The notes under the pieces are model-generated. The model had not been told where the DNA came from and searched no databases. It was given only the letters and a program-made list of their open reading frames with translations. From Octopus sinensis (taxonomy: Eukaryota), in contig NC_043005.1 of assembly GCF_006345805.1 (NCBI RefSeq), positions 25,296,001 through 25,360,000 of the forward strand: DNA of 64,000 bases, written 5' to 3'. The position numbers were made by a program, and so were the translations under genes. Below, in pieces: positions 25,971 through 39,849 of this stretch (the stretch's first letter is position 1; each line of letters starts with the position of its first letter).

Positions 25971-27752
25971 TAGACATAAACAAGCGTCTGGAACGATGCC
26001 TTTGGTCACTTATGTGGTTTTGCAATAAAATAAAACTACGCAGACACGACACACAACGGAAACTGAAAGAAGCCCCTCGTATATATTTATATCTCACTAA
26101 ATTTCTTTTTTCTTTATCTCTCTTTCTCTTTCTGTCTCTCTCTGCCTCTCTGTCTGTTGTATATGTGTAGATAGGAATATAGTTTCCGTAATGATGTTGA
26201 AAGGCATATGATCACACATACATGGTGTGGGAAGATAGGTGTGTTAGCCGCCCGTTCGTGTGTATTTGTGTGTGTGTGTGTGAGAGAGAGTGTTTGTGCG
26301 AGTGCGTACGTGCGTGTGTGTGTGTATGTGTGTGTGTATACAAAATTCATTTACTTATTTATCAGTAACCTCGTGCCAAAGTTACGAATCATTATTCGCA
26401 CGAAAATAAAATACAAAAATAAAAAAGATAAAGAAAACGATAAACCAAAATTATTACAACATTAAAAATATAAACAACCCCCTCCAACCCAGACACACAC
26501 CAGAAAAAAAAACGATAAGCAGAATTATGACAACGAACAAAGGTGGTTATAGAAGCTATCAAAATGAAAACGAGCAGCTGAAACAAGTTTATAAAATTAT
26601 GATATAAATATACGCTACCGCTAAAAACAAGCCAAAGAATACGAGAACAGGCATATAAAGACAGAAAACTATACACAATATAATTTACACAATATAGTCT
26701 TGTATAGCATCTAGTGGTGCAATCACTCATATTCTGTGCTTGATAAAACACTTGGAACCAAACCAAATATTGTGTATTCTGACTGATAGCTATTATATTC
26801 ATTCATTTATTTATTCCTTTGTTTTATATTATTTATATTATTTTTGGATTTTTAAAAACATTTTTGCTGTTTTCTCTCTATTTTATTTCTTGGTTTCTTT
26901 TCTTTTGTTTATAGTGTTCTATAGTGTATGGTTCTGTAGAGAAACAAAAAAAAAACAAAAAAAAAAACATATTGATATCAAATACTTGTTTGTGACGATT
27001 CCTAACCAACCGAAAGACATGGACATATTTTCAAACGAACTAAACTGACGGATATCTTCAAATTATAGATGTATCACTTAAAACTAAAACCACTTCAATA
27101 ACATTTCAACAGTTTACACAATTTTCATGAAATTCTTTTTGTTGTTGTTGTTATGCAGAAAAGTGCAGAGGAAGGTAGGATATTTAGAAGAACATCAGAT
27201 GAAATGGCTTGTGGTTATTTTGTGATGTAACATTTACATTTTGAATGGAAATTCCGCCGGGGATGATTTTGGCTTTCACAATTCCAAGATCGATGAAATA
27301 AGAACCAGCCAAGTACTGTAGAGGAATGGGGGCGGGAAATTTTATCGATTAGATCTCTTTTCCCAAACGTTAAGACTTTTGACTATATCAGATAACAATA
27401 TTGTTATAATGCGAAATGGCATAATGCATAGCATGTTCGTTTAGAGTGGCGGCGCTATGAATGCAGAAGTGCATACAATAATTGTGTGTAGTCGAGGAGC
27501 GAGCGGTACGGACAAAAGATAGCCGGTTTATGGGAAGATGTGTAACGACGGCAAAGGTGGAAGGTTCTACTTCCTGACTTTTCTCGAATTTGGGATGGAC
27601 GGTGGGAAGATTCTTGAAATGTATCCATTTCTTACTAAAACGTACTCATACCTAGTGTCTCATTTTAAGTAGGGAGCTATTCGTTGGGCTTCTCTCCTAT
27701 CCCAAAATATGGTGGAGATATCATACCTATGTATGCTATCAATATATGTATG

Positions 27753-27837
<85 letters not shown>

Positions 27838-27899
27838 CATATATATATACATATGCATACATACATCAATATATGTATGTACATATATATATATAGCAT

Positions 27900-28350
27900 G
27901 ATGTTGCTACACTGTTGCTGCTGCTCTGGTATCACGCAGAGAAGAAACCCTCATGAGCTGCTTTGAGCAAGCATCTAGAGACTTTGGTGGCTTAGTTATC
28001 AGCCTCATGAAGACCAACATCATAGGTCAGGCTACATCGGACATCCCAAAAATACATATCGGAGGCTACAGACTACAGGAGGTGGAGAAGTTTACCTGTC
28101 TTCGCTCTACCGTCATCTAAAACCTATCCCTTGTTGCCGAACGAAATATACGCTTTGGCAAGGCAGCTGCTGTAATGACCCAACTCTCCAAACGGGCATG
28201 AGACAACAAGAAGCTGACCAAGACCACAAAATTGAAGATTTACCAGGCATGTGTACTTAGTCCTCTACTGTATGGCAGTGAGACCTGGACGACATACACA
28301 CGCCAAGAGCGTCGCATACATATCTTTCACTTGCGCTGCATCCGGAAAAT
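27900..28350 (+). pseudogene. RTE LINE RT C-terminal fragment
   Basis: QEVEKFTCL, RFGKAAAVMTQLSKR, KLKIYQACVLSPLLYGSETWTTY...IFHLRCIRK. Confidence 0.9.
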
Positions 28351-28518
28351 CAACCAAACGACTTGTTTCGGCCAGCTAGAGCTATGTATACAAATAGCGT
28401 AAAAGCTTTTTGCTGATGTGGAAATGCGTCGCACGAGGAAGACAAAATGTTAATTTTGCGTTTAAAGTAGCTAAATGAATGTAAACATTAGCAATGTCAC
28501 ACACTTAATGTATTTGTA

Positions 28519-28555
<37 letters not shown>

Positions 28556-29340
28556 TTGGATTTAAGAGAGGAACTATCGTTATCTGTCATTCTCTTCCAC
28601 ACCCGGAGCGATTTTGCTTCACTTAACTTTGAGATATGCTGTGTTTTTAAACACGTTCATGTCCTTAAAGGGGTCTATTCTGGACGAAGGAACGTAGCTT
28701 CACAGTATTTAAGAACGCGCGTACATTAATAATGTTACATTAATAAGCTGCTTCAACCACAAAATAAATTTGAATACAATAATCCTCCGACAATCGCGTT
28801 TAAATTAAAAAGTAAAAAGTTCAAAACAATAGTTCACAAATTTCAAAAAGGAAAGAGAGAAATCAAAAGGAAACAAAAGGGAAGAAGAGAAAAAGCAAAC
28901 AGTTCAATTGAAAGTTACGATAGAAGAAGAAAACAACAGTTCAACAAAACACAGTAAAAAAAATATTCTGGGCATTCAGGTACGCCAAGCCCTATGGTAC
29001 TCCGATTAGAACCTGGACTGCTCCACTTGAAATACAGCTTTGCAATTATTCTGTAAACAAACGAAATTTTAAAAAAACTTTAAGAATACACGTTACAGAG
29101 GGGCTAAGCTGAGCAAACAATGCAAGAGAATTATCTCTTATATTCAAAAGACATTGGAATGCTACGGACACTTTAGACTATAGGATCCATAGAAATAATT
29201 ACAATCTAAAAAAATATAAATACCTATCGGCTGCAGAACTCCGTGCTATACTATGGAGTCCGCGATATGGCGAGAGGGATTACTGTATAGCGTGTGTGTG
29301 TGTGTGTGTGCGCGTATGTGAGTATGTGTATATATATATA

Positions 29341-29480
29341 GTTGTAATTTACAGAAAACAAAAGACGAAGACAGGTGTATAAATAATAAATAACAAGCTG
29401 GTGTATTAGGTTGGCGCCCGGGAAGATGACAAAGTCTTTTTCGTTTCGAGCCTACGCCCTTCAACAGAATGTAACGCAAG
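29341..29480 (-). mobile_element. family D element with a degenerate variant HHR
   Basis: minus strand TTCTGTTGAAGGGCGTAGGCTCGAAACGAAAAAG; 3' end in (TA)n. Confidence 0.7.
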
Positions 29481-29483
29481 GAA

Positions 29484-29520
<37 letters not shown>

Positions 29521-29757
29521 GAGAGAGAGAATAAAGAAACGTTTGGAGTTAGAGGTCAATCATGGCGACTGTTTGGTCAAAGGTAGTTAGACAGGAGAGC
29601 TAGGAAGAAAGGGAGATAATAAAGTACTAGCGATCCCAAAACGAAGGTTCGCATGCATGTGTGTATGTGATATGTATATATATATATATGAACGCAAATT
29701 GTAAGTATGCCAGTCTATACACACACAAACACAAAACAAAAACACATGAATACTCCA

Positions 29758-29800
<43 letters not shown>

Positions 29801-31794
29801 CAATCCCACGCACAAATAATAGCTACATACGTACAAACTCTCATATTTAAATCTCAATGTGTAAGTCTGTGTCTATAATCCATATTCACGTTCTAACTAT
29901 TTTCTCAAGTTTTCTCATTATATAGCTTATTAAAGCACTACTAGGTTTAATTAATTCAGGAAGACTATTTTTTGCAGCTGTATATAAACGCCTTGCAAAC
30001 ATCTTTCAAAAATTAATATTGCAAAAATTAACCATAACAAATATATTCACATACTACAAAGAACGGCATTAAACTTTGATTGAGATAGTATATCATTAAA
30101 ATAAACTGAAAGAAAAGTACAAATATCCAGCGGTCATTTCTAAGATAACTCTCCTGTAAAGATATAAAACGAAAAGTATTTTGAAGTTTTTGTGAAGTAA
30201 ACAGATGTTATTATATGATAAATAACTTAAATTAGAGAAGTAATCAATCAAACTTTAAAATGATTCAATTAATTATTGAACTCCACTCATTGTCAATTTC
30301 CATCCTTTGATATATCGGTTTGTTTGCTTTGAGTTTGAAGCATACCAATTAAAGGAAATATTTCAACATGATTATCGGCCTCCATACAGTGATACACGTT
30401 CACACAGATATGTAATTAAATATACTAATTAAAAAATATGAATATTTCTCTTACATTTATATTATAAAAATTATATACCAGCGATTGAAACAACACACAA
30501 TTTATCATGAATTTGACAGGCTGTCTGGCCAAACTGGAGGGTAGCAACTCGGAAACTATTAACTGAAAAACTTGTGACATTATATACTGTTCATGTCTAG
30601 ACTGCGCGTAGAATACAGTGCTATTCGGACATCGACAGGTTTTCCAAGGAACATCACTCTGTAGTTTCAACTATGTGAGAGAAATAGAATATTAGACGCA
30701 AGCAGCGGTAGTGAGTGTGTGTAGCACGTATAATAATGAGGTGTAAAAATCACACAAACATGCACAAGCGATTCCAACTGTTTGGCAGACATCACTTTGT
30801 TATCCCAAACACACAAATATGGACTCGGACAATGATAGAAGGTTTTTCCAGATCTTTCTTAGACAATAGTTTCAGTAGCTTAACCATGAGGGGAGAATGA
30901 GACAGTTTCGAATAGGTGACTACTCAGATCACAAATGTATACAAATAGGTAGTGTTAACTTAAATAAAACTAAAAAGAATGGGGTTTCTTTCTGTATTGA
31001 TGGTTAGATAATTCAATAAGAAGTTAGTTAACTGGTAATAAGGTGCGACTAATAATTACAGGTGGTAAATTTCACCGAAAGTGAAGTGAGAGAGCAAAAG
31101 CTGTCTGGCAGGGAAATGTGTTTTAGGCACAGCATGATAAAAAACCCACATGTCGAGTGCGTGCCATACGCTTCCGAATTATATGTATACGGTTTTTCAA
31201 GGTCAGCTTGCAGCATATTTCGTGACGTGCAATTGTGCGAAATTTACTGTTACAAAATCAGACTGGTTCTCTCCTCTCTTGGAGTAGACAGGGAACATTC
31301 CTATTGGTAGGAGCCTGGACGTGGACTACTGACTACTGAAAAAGCCTGATAAGTTTTTATAGTTTCCAAAAATTACTAGAAAACAATTTGTGCTAGAACT
31401 GAAATCCTTAATTCTTAACTAAAGACTGACATGGAAATAAGCTTTCACACCAGAAAATATAGGATTGCCAACAGGAAGCTGCTTTCTTGAAACACTTTAT
31501 CTCTTTGGATAGACTGGAAGTGGCAACTCAGTATGCAGCAAATAATACGAAATTCTGTATGATATTTGGCACTGTATTAATTGTGTAGGTAAGACGTCCA
31601 AAGGCCTCTCTCTTCTGCATGACATGTAGCCTACAAAATTGTGCTGCTGAGAGTGAATTGTTCCGCTCAAAACTTTAGCAGAAGACACTTTTTATTATGC
31701 GTTTAACGAAATGGTTTGAGAAAACTCCAAGGAACGAAAATCATTATCATAAAGCCAATATATTGAAAATATCTAGTGATAATGAATGCAGTGA

Positions 31795-32085
31795 AGGCGC
31801 ATGGCTTAAAATCAATAAGGTCTAAGCTCGATACCTGAACCGGGCTGTGTGTTGTGCTTTTGAGCATGTTGTTCCAGTTCACTCAGCTGTAGAAAAGAGT
31901 GGCGGCGTGATTGATGCCTAGCCGTATCGGCCCCTTTACCTTTTCCTCGGACATCAGTGACGATGAGTGGAGAAACTGGTATGCATGTGCGACTGCTGAT
32001 CTTCCACTAACAACCTTGTCTAGAATTGTGTCTCGGAGGAGAATTTTCTAGGTGTAACCCCATGGTAATTCGCAACCGAAGAGTA
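31795..32085 (+). mobile_element. tRNA-derived SINE family 4 (diverged)
   Basis: GGCGCATGGCTT head, GCTCGATACC B-box-like, GTTGTGCTTTTGAGC...CACTCAGCTGTA core. Confidence 0.6.
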
Positions 32086-33632
32086 TTTTTTTATCTGGTT
32101 TGCCAGACCAGCAGATGGTAATATGCAATCATATATTCTTGAAGGTTGCCTTCGTCTTTGAATCAAACTTTTCAATGAACACTTTTGTTAACATTTAACC
32201 TTGAAGCTTTGTGTGCAATCAAGGCGGGATAGGCATTGTTCTGGCCAACCAGTGCCTGCTGTATTAAGCAGGATCCTAAGGTTTTAGAATGTGAGCGTCA
32301 GTTCTCTTGACATCTTGTGAGACAGATGAGTATCTTGTTTTCGTTATATCTTTGGACTACATTTAAAGATGCCCACAAGACACGACTAGCCAACTGTGGG
32401 AAACGAAAATTAGTTTTGGTTAAGCCAACTGTATTTCAGGGCACTCTCCATGTGGAGAAGGCGGTATTGTAACCAGAGAGTAGATAAAGCTGCTTTGTTG
32501 CTTAGGGTACTGCCGAATGATAATGTCATTTCAGGAGTCAATATTAAGCCATTAAGTGACCCACACACCTTGCAGAAAGAGAGGTAGGTTTACAATGTTA
32601 ACTTTATCTGCTGTTTTCTTCTGTCTTCCATCGCTGCAAATTTTGATGAAGAATCATTCGATATCCACTTCCATCCCGTCTATCAATATTTATTTAGGGC
32701 CATTGTATTTAATGGTAGTGTGTGATTTTGGGAATATTTTGTTACTATTTCTAGCAGTTTGAATGATTGCATGAAGGCTCTCTGAGTATACACCTCACCC
32801 CACCCCCACTCCAAAAAATGAAAGAATAGAAAATCTGAAGCAGGAGCAAAACAAATTCTGAAGCAATGCTGCTAATTTGCATTTATTCCACTTGAGCTTC
32901 AAATGCTGCCTCGTATTTTAAAAAGAGGTGATCATATGTGAATTATCACTAAATTCCAAACATCAAGTATAAAGTAACATAAAATAAATTTAAATAAACA
33001 ACGTAGAGAAAAGTATAAAACGACGGGCATAAAAAAAATCGGAACTACATGCTTCATTTTAATAATATAAAATACTTCAAAAACATTTTGACCGCATTTG
33101 TTTTTATAGTTTTTTGTTTGGAAAATGGAGTTTAGAGAGAAAAACTAGAAACAAACAACTAAACAAAACGAATGAATCAGAAATGTTGTGAATTTGTAAA
33201 TTAAGTTTAAACAAAAATGTAAAAACGTTTAACTAAAACCATACATTTTGCAGATGAAACAACGAGTATTCCTTTTAAAAGAGGAGATTCTGTGGTTATT
33301 TCTGTTGTTTAGCCTCGCATCAACCTTGATCTGAGCTATGATCAAAAGCGTTCCAGCCTTGATACCATTCCTAATTTTCCTACGTATAGCGAATTCAGGT
33401 TCACAGCGCTTAAAAGAAGGCAGACTGTAAACTGAAATACATTTAGCCGTTATTTCTTGCGAGTCGAGCGATCCCGTACAGGCTAACCTGCATCCTACAT
33501 CTACATAAGTGGTTGTCAACCATTTGTTTTCCCCATGGACACCTTTGGTTTCTATTTCAAACTACCGGACCTCCAGAGACATCCGATGTATATATATAAA
33601 AAATCCTACTTTATTTTATTTATTATTAAATA

Positions 33633-34370
33633 CTAGCTTAAGGTGTCTCGCTCTATGTGCGGGTGAGGTTGTGGTTATTACTTTCTGTTGCTTCCTTTCT
33701 GTTTCTTATGGCTACATCCTCCCTCTTTGTTTCTCTCTCCTTTCTTTCTCACTTTCCGACTCTCTTACTCTGCCTTTCTCTCGGACTTTCCCTCGCTTTC
33801 CCTTACGCGAGCACGTAAAATCACAAGAATAATTCAAAGTTACTTAAAATTTTGTGAAATTTGATACTTTTTTCAGGTATATTTTGAGGGTTCATGATGC
33901 AAATGAAAGCTAAAATGTTGGCATTTAACGCAATGACATTTTTACCCATGTCAACCAAATAATGCAAACAGAAAAAAATTAAATCTAAAAATAGGGCAAA
34001 AATGTACTCGTTTTAAAAGTTGAAAGATGTTACCATCCTTTCCAAAATCCCTCAAATTTTTACACCCACAATTAAAGATAACCGCCTCTAGCCCCTGCAG
34101 CAACACGAAAAGCCACCATTATTCAAACGGTGCAACCTGTCTATACTATACAACGCAATTTTGTCCATATTCCTTACCATGGCACCAAACGGTAGTCCCG
34201 ATCGACTTGCAACCCTCTTCACACCAATGCCCACCCCATTTTACCCCCAGTGTAAATTTTGGCGCCACTCCAACCCTATCTACCGCCCCTTAAACCGTTC
34301 CCATCCCAAAATGAGACAAATAATCAAGAAATCAAACAACTTTTTCGCATTTCAGCTTTATAGATATTGA
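33633..34370 (-). mobile_element. non-autonomous Helitron
   Basis: minus strand A|TC start at 34370, 3' CTAG|T at 33633-33636 preceded by a GC-rich imperfect hairpin (CCCGCACATAGAGCGAG); no TSD. Confidence 0.65.
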
Positions 34371-34402
34371 TTATATATATACATATATATATATGTATAC
34401 AC

Positions 34403-34485
<83 letters not shown>

Positions 34486-34879
34486 TAACACAATATATCT
34501 GATTAATAGTATCTGTTATGATTGTGCGGAGTGGTGGGCGATAATAATTCACCGTTCTAAAAGACCTGTGGCGGGAATATTTAAACTTTTGCGGCTGTCA
34601 ACGCTTTTTTTCTATAGATACAGACAGACGTACAGTGAGAGAGGTGGTGGAAGAAAGTGTGACAAAGAGACGGCGAAGGCGGAGAGGGAATGAGAGTGGA
34701 AAGTGTCAAACGTGGTTATAGAGAGAATGTGCAGGGAAGAAAGGAAAGAGAGAGAGATCGAGGGAGCCAGGGTATTATCCGAAAGAGAGAAACGACAAAC
34801 ACTTGTCAAAGTCTGGGTTTTGTTGCCCTAATAACCACAGCTATTGAGATAGCGATTTCTAACCTAGTCCAGTCGCTTC

Positions 34880-35005
34880 CTCACCTCTTTGTACATGTCC
34901 CTGTAAATTTTGGAGCCAATCCGACCCCTTTTACTGCCCCTTAAACCGTTCCCATCCCAAAATGAGACAAACAACTTTTTCGCATTTTAGTTTTATAGTT
35001 ATTGA
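34880..35005 (-). mobile_element. second partial copy of the same Helitron 5' end
   Basis: 34901-35005 repeats 34250-34370 (CCCCTTAAACCGTTCCCATCCCAAAATGAGACAAA...). Confidence 0.65.
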
Positions 35006-35018
35006 TTAAGAATTGTAC

Positions 35019-35089
35019 GGGCATATGGCGTAGTAGCTAAGAGCGCGGGTTACTAACCCCAAGATTCCGATTTCGATTCCAAGCAGCGA

Positions 35090-35155
<66 letters not shown>

Positions 35156-35310
35156 CAACAACAACATAGAAAAATACCTTAAGAATGAGAACCCAGATCT
35201 AAATTTCCCCAAGACACCTGATGAAGTCTTGAGGCTATATCAGCCGAAACGTTGTGTTAACAACAAACAAGATGAGGACAAATATTCGTCAAATGTAAAT
35301 AATGTAAATA
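35019..35310 (+). mobile_element. tRNA-headed SINE with (AAT)n spacer and HHR tail (family E)
   Basis: A box TGGCGTAGTAG, B box TTTCGATTCC, (AAT)n, HHR 35213-35258, candidate TSD ATTAAGAATT at 35005-35014 / 35311-35320. Confidence 0.75.
35213..35258 (+). ncRNA. minimal type I hammerhead ribozyme (family E)
   Basis: GACAC-CTGATGA-A-GTCTT...CAGCC-GAAA-CG-TT-GTGTT; palindromic AACGTT stem III; stem II has two mismatches here (sibling at ~39000 reads GACTG/CAGCC). Confidence 0.65.
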
Positions 35311-37348
35311 ATTAAGAATTTTATCAATCACTAAAATACCATGTGTATTGTAGACGTTCAAGCTTTTTGTTGCACATACATTTTGGCAACAAAATCTTCT
35401 ATATAGCGTCTAAGGGCCATACGAACGCCAGTTTAGAATTACTGATCTAGATGTTGGTAAGTAGCTAGAAATGATAGAATGACGGGATCAATCCGTTCTG
35501 TTGAATAGATGCATCCTTTATATTGTAATTTGAAATCTCACTGAGAGTTGATTTTGTTTTTTAATCATCTTGTTTGTTGATATAAAAACTACCAAGACTA
35601 CACCGGGATCCACCCTCAATCTATGAATCCGTTTCTAATTCATCCATTTTTTTAATCTTCATAGCTCACTATTCCATTAAACGTCGTAGAAGCAGAATCA
35701 TGAGACACACTCACCAAAGACTTCCGTCAGTAGCAACCGTCAGCTAATCCAGCTAGATCCTTAGGCGAGACTAGCCTGGGCTATGGATCTTATTCCAGTT
35801 GGCCAAGCTCAGAAAATCCTTCCTATGATTCTTTGCTCCTAAATTTTAATTACATACCTGAACTGCTGGAGATGTGGTGTGTCGCTGGAGAAAAGTCGTG
35901 ATATGTAGTAGTTAAATTAACTATGCCCTTGTGTCTTTCAACCATCCGATTGCATAAAGATAATAAACGAACAAAATACTTACCAATAATCAGAAATTCT
36001 TGCCTTTATGCTTGTAAGTTAAATTGAGACATTTATTACTGTCTTGAAATTATCTCCCCGTTTTCTTTGAGATTCACTAACGACTGCTGCTAGGTTTTCA
36101 TTTTCTTTTCCTACGAAAATTATAAGTAAGAACATTCCTTTTCTACGCCGTTCTATACGGCACCCTTATGTCATTTACTTATTTTAATTATTTCCTTTAG
36201 CGTATTTTATGTAAATTATTGCGGCGCAAAATATTCCTGACAGAGTTGGTTCGACTACTTTTCTGATAGATCAAAACTTGTCTGTATTGTCCTTCGATTG
36301 CAAAGATCAGGCAAATTTTTACATATAAAATAACATGTCCCCTACTTTTTAAGGATGGCTAACAGCTGAAATAACTATTAAGTATCTGCTCTCCATCTAA
36401 TTTTCAAATAATTAAAAATATTTTGTTGCTTATGACTTTCCGAACCACAACCCTTTAAAATCATCATCAGATTTACGATGTTGGCAGAAATGAATTTTTC
36501 CGCTTAGCTCACTTAGTTGAAAGTAGTATGTATATAAATGAAATTTCTGTTCCTTATTTCATTATACGAACTTTGCTTAAATATCCATTTCAGTTATGTT
36601 TTATATTTTAATGTATGGCTGTTTGTTAATTAAGACACAATATTAGGCACTTGGAGAGGAGTTAATCGAGATTATCGGACCTAGTTGTAAACCGCGTTAA
36701 GAAAAAAATCCCCATGTTTTAAATATACAATTTTTCTCTCTTTGAAACTGTTTCTTCTAGAGATGAGTCATTAACAAGTACGAACCATTTAACATGTTGG
36801 ATTTATTTTAAATTTGTCACTTTGAAGCGAGCTCCGCTCGCTGACTCCACGACCAAACTGATGACTTTCTATCATGACCCTGTGACACCAAGTTTGTTAT
36901 AAGCTCTGCAGAGGGACTGGCCTTTATACAGTTAGCATCACTCCTCAACGGCATCACATTTTGTTTGCCACGCATTACTTTAGCATATATCCAACATTTC
37001 ATCATATTCCCTTTCGTTATTCGCATCTTTCACCTTGACGCAGCCAAATTTCTTGAGTTAGATATATCAGTTATAAAATCCCCAAATCTCTACTACTTAT
37101 TGCTATAACACTACAGATGACCATTAAAATTATTGTTTGTCCACTACTCTCCTAGAAGCTTCTGTTTAGGGTTTTCCTTTTTCGTATATTTCTGTTTTTC
37201 TTTCTTCTGATATTGCTTTTATAAACACTCGAACTATGAACTATGTAAATTCTTTATATTTTTCATAATGACGATGTCCTAACTTCGGATGTGATGCAGT
37301 AAGGACTTTGAAATACACTGCATACGCTCTTAATATCTTGCATTCAGA

Positions 37349-37389
<41 letters not shown>

Positions 37390-37432
37390 GTACATATGTA
37401 TATTTACTGTATATATACATATGTATGTATGC

Positions 37433-37480
<48 letters not shown>

Positions 37481-37689
37481 GTATGTATGTATATATATAT
37501 AAATATATATATATTTATTGTATATATATATATATATTTATATTTATAAATGTATATATTTACTGTATATATATATATATATATATATATATCCTTATTC
37601 TCTTATATGTTTTAGTCCAATGACTGTGGCCAAGCTGGAGCACCACCATTGTAATCATCTTTACACTCTCCACTTTAGTTGGAGAGGCT

Positions 37690-37918
37690 TCTGGTGAAGG
37701 ATGGAGTTCGATGCTACTGCCCTCTTTTGAGTATCTTGCTTAGCTATTGGCTCCCAGAGATCTTGGCGAGCCAGATCTCAAGTTCATGTTTGGAAACGTC
37801 TACATTCACTCCATGGAGGCTCCTCAGATGCTTCGGCAAACAGTTAAACAGTTGTGGGCCCTTGAAACCCAAGCTATTGCAGTACATCGTCCTTGCCCGA
37901 GATAAGGCAGTCGGCACA
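37690..37918 (-). pseudogene. CR1-like LINE 3' end
   Basis: CNSLGFKGPQLFNCLPKHLRSLHGVNVDVSKHELE, CR1-type C-terminus. Confidence 0.75.
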
Positions 37919-37984
37919 ATACATACATACATACATACATACATACATAATACATACATACATACATACATACATACATACATG

Positions 37985-38018
<34 letters not shown>

Positions 38019-38957
38019 TGTTTGTATGTATGTATTTATGCATGTATGTATGTATGTATGTATGCATGTACACACATCTAATTAACGAATGATTTTCATA
38101 TGAAAATGGCGAACGAATATTAATGTAATGAATAATTTTGGCTCGCTCTCGATAAAGAAAACGCCTAATATTTTCACATCAAAACAAACTGTTCTCTGGG
38201 CCCATACCAAATGTGCTTCTGTGGATATGCAGCATCCAGGGAAAATTCGGTAAAACAGTTTTTAAAAGTAAAATTCAAAATTTTTCAAATAGAAATGCTT
38301 AGATTGTGAAGTGAGTTGCCATTTGTAAATTCGCCATTACGAAAGCAAAGCCTTCACGGAATAATGTTGCTGTGGGAATAGAGAAAGGGATGATTTCTAA
38401 AATTTAAGTGGTGTCAATTTAAGTGAATTAATTTGGTGTGTGAATATTAAATCTGTTATCTCTACCATTCTGAAAAGAAAGGGTGAACTAAAAAGTGCAT
38501 CCGGTTTAATAATAATACGTGCACCTTGCATACAGATGAGATGGAAAAATCTCTTATTAGTATGGATCGAAGAGAAAATTAACTGGTGACTTAATAAATG
38601 AAGCACGTTTTTATTAAAAATTTAGTCATTTTTCGAGTAACATGAAAGGGATATTTCCATTTCAAAACTGATAATGAAGTAAATTGTACATTTTAAATTT
38701 CGTATACGCATTTCGTAGGACGATTCGCCACAAATCTTTTGCAGGCAGTTGAGCGCGTGGGAACGAATAAGAAAAATCCGATTTAAAATGGTTCAAAGAC
38801 GAATTGTTATTTTAGTGTCAACAACTCGGCATCCTTCTTTATTCGTGTCGCATTTGGTCAGGTAAGAGAGAGGAAAAACAAGCCTATCGCTCAAATTGTC
38901 GCTTTCCTTTCCACTATAATAAAGCATGCGATCTGTGTTTCGAGTCTTATTACTTGC

Positions 38958-39174
38958 CCTCATCTTGTTTCTTGATAACACAACGTTTCGGCTGATATAC
39001 CCACCAGTCTTCATATGGCGTAGTGGTTAAGACCGTGGATGAAAGTTGGGGGGTATATCAGCTGAAATGTTGTGTTAACAACAAACAAGGGGAGGACAAA
39101 TATCCGTCAAATATAAATAATGTAAGTAATGTAAATAATGTACATAACTCTTCTTCTCTTAAATATAGAACTGT
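38958..39174 (+). mobile_element. family E rearranged fold-back copy
   Basis: inverted arms 38958-39014 / 39039-39095 (HHR 3' part) around a 24-bp piece of the tRNA head ATGGCGTAGTGGTTAAGACCGTGG. Confidence 0.8.
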
Positions 39175-39849
39175 ATGTGTCTGCTTACTTATCGGTCAAT
39201 AATCTTAGCTCTGGAAGATCTTAACTCTCATCTCGAATTTGATGGATTGGTGTGATTTTAATGTTTAAATATTCTATAGCATCGTTATCCTACATTCACC
39301 AGCATCTCAGTGGAAATAGCTGAAGCTATAAAGCGCCTATTTAGAAACTACTGTGCTTTACTTTACGCAATCGTCCAAATATCTAGAAATAGCCTTCATA
39401 TGCCCAAATCTCCTTCATCTGATATCTTTTATCTTACAAATGGTGTGCACATTGAATACTGAAATAATTATGTTACAAATTGACAAAATGATTGTGATTG
39501 TAATACGATGGAGCTTCGTATCTGTGTTAGAAACCAGATCCTTCCTCAGAGGAAGAATTTAAATAATTTAATTAGATATAGAAGAGACATACATACATAC
39601 ATACATACATACATACATACATACATACATACATACATACATACATTGAATACTGAAATAATTCGTTACAAATTGACGAAATGATTGTGATTGGAATAAC
39701 TCTTTTGATCGTAATTCTGCTAGATCACATTTGACCTGAGGTTACAAAATGCACAACAACCAACCCAACAATTATCCCAATCTTCTTGAGAGTTAGCTTG
39801 GGACAACTTATGTCTATGACAAGGCTATTTCATCAATTATTCTTGAACA

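Noticed and set aside
26400-26940. A-rich then T-rich blocks suggesting a large hairpin
   Set aside because: Only a short approximate inverted match; composition alone can explain it
35019-35091. tRNA gene
   Set aside because: Acceptor stem does not close and it is fused to repeat sequence; it is a SINE head
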